DNA of 32,488 nt from Candidatus Enterousia sp. (GTDB lineage Bacteria; Pseudomonadota; Alphaproteobacteria; Rs-D84). The translations under genes were made by a program, and so were the position numbers. This document shows positions 26,575-32,488 of this stretch, piece after piece (positions within the stretch are counted from its first letter, which is position 1; each line of letters opens with the position of its first letter). The DNA lies in contig JAZUKY010000047.1 in NCBI GenBank assembly GCA_045643525.1, positions 1 through 32,488 on the forward strand, read 5' to 3'. Below the pieces are notes generated by a model. The model made no database searches, was not told the DNA's origin, and saw only the letters and a list, made by a program, of their open reading frames with translations.

Positions 26575-26880
26575 TTAACGAACATTACTTTTAATAAATG
26601 GGAACGTATGTTTCATCAAAGGTGTAACAAAACCATTTTCAATCAATTCATAAAAAATAATTCTTTTTGAATTATCGGTCAAACGGGCATCAAACCAAAC
26701 CTTTTGAACAACCTCTGAATAACATCTATCTGGATTTTCTTTTACATTTTTTAAAATTGCATGTAAATATTCTCTCTTTTTTTGTGCCAAATATTTATCT
26801 GCCCGTTTTTGTATATTTTGAACAAAGATAATATTTGAATAAATACCATAATTTGAATTAATTTGTTGTTTTTGTTTCAT
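26575..26880 (-). CDS. Hypothetical small basic protein (101 aa)
   Basis: ATG 26880 is preceded by AGGGG 6 nt upstream; the track start at 26886 is TTG. I recognise no motif. Confidence 0.6.
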   Translation of the reverse strand: MKQKQQINSNYGIYSNIIFVQNIQKRADKYLAQKKREYLHAILKNVKENPDRCYSEVVQKVWFDARLTDNSKRIIFYELIENGFVTPLMKHTFPFIKSNVR

Positions 26881-26964
26881 TGCCAACCCCTATTTCATTT
26901 TATGTTTAATGAACCGTGGCATAATATAATAAATATTCAAATAATCAAGTATATTTGTTTTTGC

Positions 26965-26993
26965 ATAAAAAGCCCCCATATTTTTATGGGAGC
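26965..26993 (-). terminator. Weak intrinsic terminator after hsdR
   Basis: The minus strand reads GCTCCCATAAAAATATGGGGGCTTTTTAT. The stem is CCCATA/TATGGG, extended by two G-C pairs across one mismatch, and a T5 run follows. Confidence 0.45.
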
Positions 26994-27021
26994 AATAAAA
27001 GAGCAACATGAATGTATCCCG

Positions 27022-30000
27022 TTAAAATTCACCATTGGATATGCCAAAGAATCTGTCAAAGAATTCCTGCAGACGTGTTATGATATTGCGTTTGCGCTGG
27101 GTGCGATTTGCAGATTTATCAAAACGTGACATTGGTGGTAAAACCTTTTCAATGTCTTGGCCATTTGTCTGCACCGAACCATTGCGGAACGAATTTCTGA
27201 TGAACGTGTATGTTTCTTCTTTGTTCAAGTTTTCCTGTGTTATGATTTTATTTAATTCATTAATTTTTGCCTGATTGACAAACATCATCCATTCTTCATC
27301 AACAACAGAATTTGGTGTTAATGAATTAATAAATTGCAAAATAAGATCTTTTTTGTTACGTAAATCAACACTGGAATCAATTGCACGTTCAATAGAAATC
27401 ATTATTTCTTTATCACAACAATTATCATCATGATATTTTTTTACCAATGCCAAAATATAATCAATATTAACCTCGGTCTGTTTGATTAATTCCATTTCAA
27501 ACACTAAATCATCATTTATATTTTCTTTGCCATTATCTTTATTTTTTATATATTTACCATGCATTTCAATATACATACTGGCATAATCTTGGATATCGCG
27601 TTCGGATAATATTTTTTTATCAGCAAATTCATCAAACGATGTCAAAACATTGCTTAAACGAACAATGCCACTGTATAAACGTATAAATTCTTTTTCGGCA
27701 CCCTCGCCCGTTATTATTTGGCCAATTGGGAATTTATCCAATAATTCTGCAACTAATTCTTTATATCCGCGTATTTGTTTTTCACCATCTGTATAGCCAT
27801 TATAGTATTCTGCAAATGTTTTTAATAAAACTACACCGGCGGCATCTTTATCACCAAATAATGCCAAACTTTCGTTAGTTGCCTTTTCCAGATTGCGAAA
27901 ACAAACAATATTTCCGTGTGTCTTGATAGAATTCAATATACGGTTGGTGCGTGAATATGCCTGCAACAGGCCATGCATACGTAAATTTTTATCAACCCAT
28001 AATGTATTTAACGTTGTCGCATCAAAGCCAGTTAAAAACATATTAACAACAATTAACAAATCTATTTCACGATTTTTCATACGTAATGAAACATCTTTGT
28101 AATAATTTTGAAATCTGTCACTGGATGTATCATAACTGGTACCGAACATTTTATTATAATCATCAATGGCTGATTCTAAAAATTCACGTGATGATATATC
28201 TAAGGCATTTGTATTTTCTGGATTCTCGTCCCACATACCATCTTCGGAATAATCATCACCATTGGCGGCAAAACTGTAAATGGTTGCTATTTTCAATGCA
28301 CGTTCCGGATGTTCGGCCATTTGTTTTTTAAATTCATTATAATACAAACGTGCCATTGGTATTGATTGCACCGCAAGTATAGAATTAAACCCAGACATAC
28401 GGATTGCCTGTTTTACTTTTTCTATTCTATTACGATCTTTGGCACTGGCAACAGTTTCAACATTTTTAATAACGCTGTAAACAAACGATTTATCATTTCG
28501 TTTGGTTTTGATATTAAAGTTATTTAAAATGTATTCTACGTTGTTTTTTATGCGTTCTGGGGCCATTAAAACGTTTTCACGATCAATATCATTTATTTTT
28601 TTATTTTCTATATCTTCGGCATCCCTGCATTTCACAGTGCCAATATAATCAACTTTAAACGGCAATACGTTTTTGTCTCGGATTGCATCAACGATACTGT
28701 AAACATGCAACCGTTCGCCAAATGCCTGATCTGTTGTTTTTAATTCCGCCATTCCCCCAGAATTAGAATTAATTGCAAAAATCGGTGTTCCGGTAAACCC
28801 AAACAAATGATATTTTTTGAATGCATGGGTTATTTGGGTATGTGAAACCCCAAAATGCGAGCGATGACATTCATCAAATATCATTACAATATGTTTATCA
28901 AAAATTGGATGATTTTTATTTTTTTCTATAAAAATGGATAATTTTTGAATTGTTGTGATAATGATTTTTACATTTGAATCTTCTAATTGACGTTTTAATA
29001 CAGCCGTGCTGGTGTTACTGTTTGCGGCACCTTTTTCAAAACGGTCATATTCCTGCATTGTTTGATAATCCAAATCTTTGCGATCAACGACAAATAAAAC
29101 CTTATCTATTTCTGGCATTGCACTGGCCAATTGTGCGGTTTTAAAACTGGTCAATGTTTTGCCACTTCCGGTCGTATGCCAAATATAACCACCACCATCA
29201 ATTGTCCCATATTTTTTGTAATTTGAAGACACATTGATTTTGTTTAAAATTCGTTCCGTGGCAACGATTTGATATGGACGCATAACTAATAAATTATCAT
29301 CGGCATTAAACACACAGTAACGTGTTAAAATGTTTAAAATCGTATGTTTGGCAAAGAATGTTTTTGCAAAATCCATCAGATCAATAATTGGCATATTTGT
29401 TGCATCCGCCCACATGGATGTAAATTCAAAACTGTTACTGGTTTTCTTATGCGGTACGGCAGAATTATTCTTGGCTTCATTTATATGCAAATTACGTGTT
29501 GTATTACTGTAATATTTTGTATATGTCCCATTTGATATAACAAATATTTGAATGTATTCGTATAAACCGCAACCGGCCCAGAAACTGTCCTGTTGATAAC
29601 GGTTGATTTGGTTAAACGCCTGTTTAATATCAACACCACGCCGTTTTAATTCAATATGTACCATTGGAATGCCATTAACCAATACGGTCACATCATAACG
29701 ATTATCATGCGCCCCTGTTACCTCATATTGGTTTATAACCTGCAATCGGTTATTGTGAATATCTTTTTTATCCAACAAATAAATATTTTTAGTGCTGCCA
29801 TCATCACGCGTCAGCAATTGAATATGGCCATCACGTTGCAAAATGGCCGTTTTTTCTTTGATACCATTATTTTTATTTGCAATATTTTGTTTAAAAAACG
29901 TATTCCATTCATTATCGGTAAATTTATAATCGTTCAATAATTCCAATTGATTGCGCAGATTATTTATTAAATCATCCTCGCTGTGGATTGGTAAATATTC

Positions 30001-30144
30001 ATACGCCTGCTTTTGCAATTGCGCAATAAACATTTTTTCTAATTCTGATTCCGATTGATATGCAGTTACCCGTGATGTATTTGGTTGATACTGTGCAACA
30101 ACTGTGGATTCTGTATTTTCTGCAACGACGCTGTAATTTACCAT
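27022..30144 (-). CDS. hsdR: Type I restriction enzyme R subunit, EcoR124I-like (type IC)
   Basis: 1040 aa. Nuclease region NRYDVTVLVNGIPMVHIELKRRG. Helicase motifs GGGYIWHTTGSGKTLTSFK, FVVDRKDLDYQT, MIFDECHRSHFG, FGFTGTPIF, LIVVNMFLTGFDATTLNTLWVDKNLRMHGLLQAYSRTNRI. By my recollection these strings closely parallel EcoR124I HsdR. Confidence 0.92.
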   Translation of the reverse strand: MVNYSVVAENTESTVVAQYQPNTSRVTAYQSESELEKMFIAQLQKQAYEYLPIHSEDDLINNLRNQLELLNDYKFTDNEWNTFFKQNIANKNNGIKEKTAILQRDGHIQLLTRDDGSTKNIYLLDKKDIHNNRLQVINQYEVTGAHDNRYDVTVLVNGIPMVHIELKRRGVDIKQAFNQINRYQQDSFWAGCGLYEYIQIFVISNGTYTKYYSNTTRNLHINEAKNNSAVPHKKTSNSFEFTSMWADATNMPIIDLMDFAKTFFAKHTILNILTRYCVFNADDNLLVMRPYQIVATERILNKINVSSNYKKYGTIDGGGYIWHTTGSGKTLTSFKTAQLASAMPEIDKVLFVVDRKDLDYQTMQEYDRFEKGAANSNTSTAVLKRQLEDSNVKIIITTIQKLSIFIEKNKNHPIFDKHIVMIFDECHRSHFGVSHTQITHAFKKYHLFGFTGTPIFAINSNSGGMAELKTTDQAFGERLHVYSIVDAIRDKNVLPFKVDYIGTVKCRDAEDIENKKINDIDRENVLMAPERIKNNVEYILNNFNIKTKRNDKSFVYSVIKNVETVASAKDRNRIEKVKQAIRMSGFNSILAVQSIPMARLYYNEFKKQMAEHPERALKIATIYSFAANGDDYSEDGMWDENPENTNALDISSREFLESAIDDYNKMFGTSYDTSSDRFQNYYKDVSLRMKNREIDLLIVVNMFLTGFDATTLNTLWVDKNLRMHGLLQAYSRTNRILNSIKTHGNIVCFRNLEKATNESLALFGDKDAAGVVLLKTFAEYYNGYTDGEKQIRGYKELVAELLDKFPIGQIITGEGAEKEFIRLYSGIVRLSNVLTSFDEFADKKILSERDIQDYASMYIEMHGKYIKNKDNGKENINDDLVFEMELIKQTEVNIDYILALVKKYHDDNCCDKEIMISIERAIDSSVDLRNKKDLILQFINSLTPNSVVDEEWMMFVNQAKINELNKIITQENLNKEETYTFIRNSFRNGSVQTNGQDIEKVLPPMSRFDKSANRTQRKRNIITRLQEFFDRFFGISNGEF

Positions 30145-30155
30145 AACATGCCCCT

Positions 30156-31322
30156 TTATTCAGCAATTTGTTCAAAGTTTAATAATTTATCGCGCCAGTA
30201 TTCATATTGTTGGCGACGTACGTTTATTTCAGCGGGCAAACCAATTGATATGTCATTTACCAACGCATCAAATTTATCCAATATGGAAACAATACGTTCC
30301 TGTTCGGCAAGTGATGGAACTGGAACTTTTAATTTGTTAAAATCTTTGATGTTTAGGTTGTTTCTATCACTTTTTATCATACTTTGTATGGCTCGTTTGT
30401 TTATACTACTGTTCAGATAATATGCTATAAATTGTGGCAAAACGACATTTTGATTTTTTATTCTAGTGACAATGGTTGCAAAACCTAAACTACCATCAAA
30501 CTCTTTTGTAATTACCGCAGATGTGCCAACATCACCAGTATGAACAGTTATTATATCCCCCAGTTTATGTTGCCTGCTTGCATTTGATTTCGCAAATTCT
30601 CTATCTAAAAAAATTTGCTTGGTGATTTTAATATGATTTTCTTTTATATTGCAATTATTCAGAAGTTTAACCCCATCTTCAACATAGTGTGTTGTCATTG
30701 TGGTCACAAGTCCTATAAATGTGTCAGCAATATCTATTATTGGTCTGTATGCATCTGGTGCAATATTTAACAATTCGTCACGATAATGTTCGTATTGCTT
30801 CTTTCTAGCTTCTAGTTCGGCTTCTAGTTCGGCTTCTAGTTCAGTAAAGGCGTCCAGAATACGAACAATTTCTTCCTGAACTGGTAATGGCGGAACAGGA
30901 ATTTGCAATCCGTTTAGTTTTTTTCTGCTTAAACTTGGAATACCCGCACCTTGTTGTGATTTCATAAATTCGTCTTGATGGTTCTTCAAAATATAATATA
31001 CATATTTTTTTAATACATTATCAGTTATAAATGTTAATACATAACAGTGTGCACCTGCCCAAAAATTTTCTGTCATCCAATTAACATATCCTGCTGATGC
31101 ACCGCCTTGACTAATTGCCACGTTATTTTTTTCGGAATTATATTCGTCATATCTGCCAGATGGATATATTCCGCCGTTCATAACAGGGTATTTACCACTA
31201 TTAAACAACAATTCCTTGTTTAACTGTTTTCCTGTGTCAATGGTTGCCAATTTTTCCAATTTGCAGTATTCAACCCCATTTGGGCAGTATTTGGCAATTA
31301 AATCATCAATTTTGGACATCAT
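30156..31322 (-). CDS. hsdS: Type I restriction-modification specificity subunit
   Basis: 388 aa with two target-recognition domains. The conserved helices are LPVQEEIVRILDAFTELEAELEAELEARKKQYEHYRDELL (central) and LAEQERIVSILDKFDALVNDISIGLPAEINVRRQQYEYWRDKLL (C-terminal). There is a TAATG overlap with hsdM and an 11-nt gap to hsdR. Confidence 0.9.
   Translation of the reverse strand: MMSKIDDLIAKYCPNGVEYCKLEKLATIDTGKQLNKELLFNSGKYPVMNGGIYPSGRYDEYNSEKNNVAISQGGASAGYVNWMTENFWAGAHCYVLTFITDNVLKKYVYYILKNHQDEFMKSQQGAGIPSLSRKKLNGLQIPVPPLPVQEEIVRILDAFTELEAELEAELEARKKQYEHYRDELLNIAPDAYRPIIDIADTFIGLVTTMTTHYVEDGVKLLNNCNIKENHIKITKQIFLDREFAKSNASRQHKLGDIITVHTGDVGTSAVITKEFDGSLGFATIVTRIKNQNVVLPQFIAYYLNSSINKRAIQSMIKSDRNNLNIKDFNKLKVPVPSLAEQERIVSILDKFDALVNDISIGLPAEINVRRQQYEYWRDKLLNFEQIAE
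30818..30853 (-). repeat. 12-bp x3 tandem repeat encoding (ELEA)3 in the hsdS central conserved region
   Basis: On the + strand: gcttctagttcg, gcttctagttcg, gcttctagttca. Confidence 0.9.
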
Positions 31323-32488
31323 TAACCCTCCAAATCTTTCACAATGGCATCTATCTTGGTGCGAAGTTCATTTTGACGTGCCACGATACCTGTGATGCGC
31401 TGGTTCAATTCGGTTATATCAACAACTTCACGTGTGTCACGTGCCTCCACATAACTGGATACAGATAAATTATAATCATTTTCAGCAATATCGTCTTTTT
31501 TAACCAATTTGCAAAAATGTTCCACGTTTTCACGTTTGATATATGCGTTCAGCAATGTTTCAATGTTTTCGTCCGACAATTTGTTTTTATTGCCGGAATG
31601 AATGAATTGTTCACTGCCATCAATAAATAAAATATGATTATCGTTTTTGCTTTTCTTTAACACAATGATGCAGGTTGCAATACTTGTTCCAAAAAACATA
31701 TTATCTGGCAATTGAATAACACAATCAACAAAGTTATTATCAACCAAATATTGGCGGATTTTCTTTTCTGCACCACCACGATATAAAACGCCGGGAAATT
31801 CAACAATTGCCGCGGTACCATCGGTTGACAACCATGATAACATGTGCATTGTAAATGCCAAATCGGCCGCGCTTTTTGGGGCCAAAACCCCAGCGGGTGC
31901 AAAACGGCTGTCGTTTATCAACAACGGGTTAGAATCACCCTCCCATTTAATACCATATGGCGGATTGGAAACGATTGCTTCAAATGGTTCATCATCCCAA
32001 TGTTTTGGGTTTAATAGTGTATCACCCAATGCAATATCAAATTTAGAATAATTTATACCATGTAAAAACATGTTTATACGGCACAGATTATATGTGGTTA
32101 TATTTATTTCCTGGCCGTAAAAGCCTTGGTTAACATTATCACGACCCAAAACCTTGGCAAATTGCAATAATAATGAACCGGAACCGCATGCTGGGTCATA
32201 AACCTTATTAACAGATGTTTTCATATTGTTTGGCTGGTTACGGTCAACCAATGTTATTTTTGCCAATAATTTTGATACTTCCTGGGGGGTAAAAAATTCA
32301 CCACCGGATTTACCCGCGTTACCCGCATACATTGTCATTAAATATTCATACGCATCACCAAATGCATCAATCGTATTATTCTGAATATCATCATTTAATT
32401 TTAAATCTGCAATTGCATCTAATATTTTTACCAATTTTTTATTGCGTTCCGGAACGGTGGCCCCTAATTTATTTGCATTAACATCAAT
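31322..32488 (-). CDS. hsdM: Type I restriction-modification N6-adenine DNA methyltransferase subunit (5' end beyond the right edge)
   Basis: SAM motif [12 protein letters not shown] and catalytic NPPYGIKW. The track start at 32434 is TTG, and the frame stays open to the window edge ([24 protein letters not shown]...), so the gene is 5'-truncated by the window. Confidence 0.92.
   Translation of the reverse strand: MDVNANKLGATVPERNKKLVKILDAIADLKLNDDIQNNTIDAFGDAYEYLMTMYAGNAGKSGGEFFTPQEVSKLLAKITLVDRNQPNNMKTSVNKVYDPACGSGSLLLQFAKVLGRDNVNQGFYGQEINITTYNLCRINMFLHGINYSKFDIALGDTLLNPKHWDDEPFEAIVSNPPYGIKWEGDSNPLLINDSRFAPAGVLAPKSAADLAFTMHMLSWLSTDGTAAIVEFPGVLYRGGAEKKIRQYLVDNNFVDCVIQLPDNMFFGTSIATCIIVLKKSKNDNHILFIDGSEQFIHSGNKNKLSDENIETLLNAYIKRENVEHFCKLVKKDDIAENDYNLSVSSYVEARDTREVVDITELNQRITGIVARQNELRTKIDAIVKDLEG

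Noticed and set aside
1-32488. Search for tRNA, rRNA, CRISPR arrays, IS elements or integrases
   Set aside because: No spacer contains a GC-rich ~75-nt cloverleaf-like segment. There are no regularly spaced direct repeats. No ORF has transposase or integrase motifs, and no long terminal inverted repeats were seen. This is by eye only; tRNAscan-SE, cmsearch and ISfinder would be the formal checks.

Overview
This is an AT-rich (roughly one-third G+C by eye), densely coded bacterial chromosomal segment, with most genes on the minus strand. The gene content and linkage look alphaproteobacterial: a ruvB-ybgC-tolQ-tolR-tolA block, a stand-alone rpsD, an XRE regulator and an EnvZ/OmpR-type pair. The eukaryote-like Cys-rich secreted proteins hint at a host-associated lineage; this is inference only. 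Housekeeping genes are gpmI (5' end only), rsmH, dnaE, rpsD, ruvB, ybgC, tolQRA, argS, tlyA, aroK and tadA. Unusual content: (1) A ~1.45-kb ORF-free spacer (22622-24071) is almost devoid of G on the + strand; it is the most anomalous object in the window. (2) A minus-strand cluster holds two very large Cys-rich secreted proteins, preceded by a small CxxC membrane protein and a cytoplasmic partner of unknown function. (3) A Cys-rich gene is broken by multiple frameshifts and carries A9 and C7 tracts. (4) A complete EcoR124I-like (type IC) hsdM-hsdS-hsdR operon runs off the right edge, and its hsdS has a 12-bp x3 repeat at the position known to set target spacer length. (5) A membrane-anchored histone-H1-like protein sits beside a solenoid/LRR-like membrane protein; the promoter of the solenoid-like gene carries three TTGACAAATTAT-type boxes. 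I saw no rRNA, tRNA, CRISPR array or recognisable transposase. The first M of many track ORFs is actually TTG or GTG; where an in-frame ATG with a Shine-Dalgarno-like purine run exists, I used that start.
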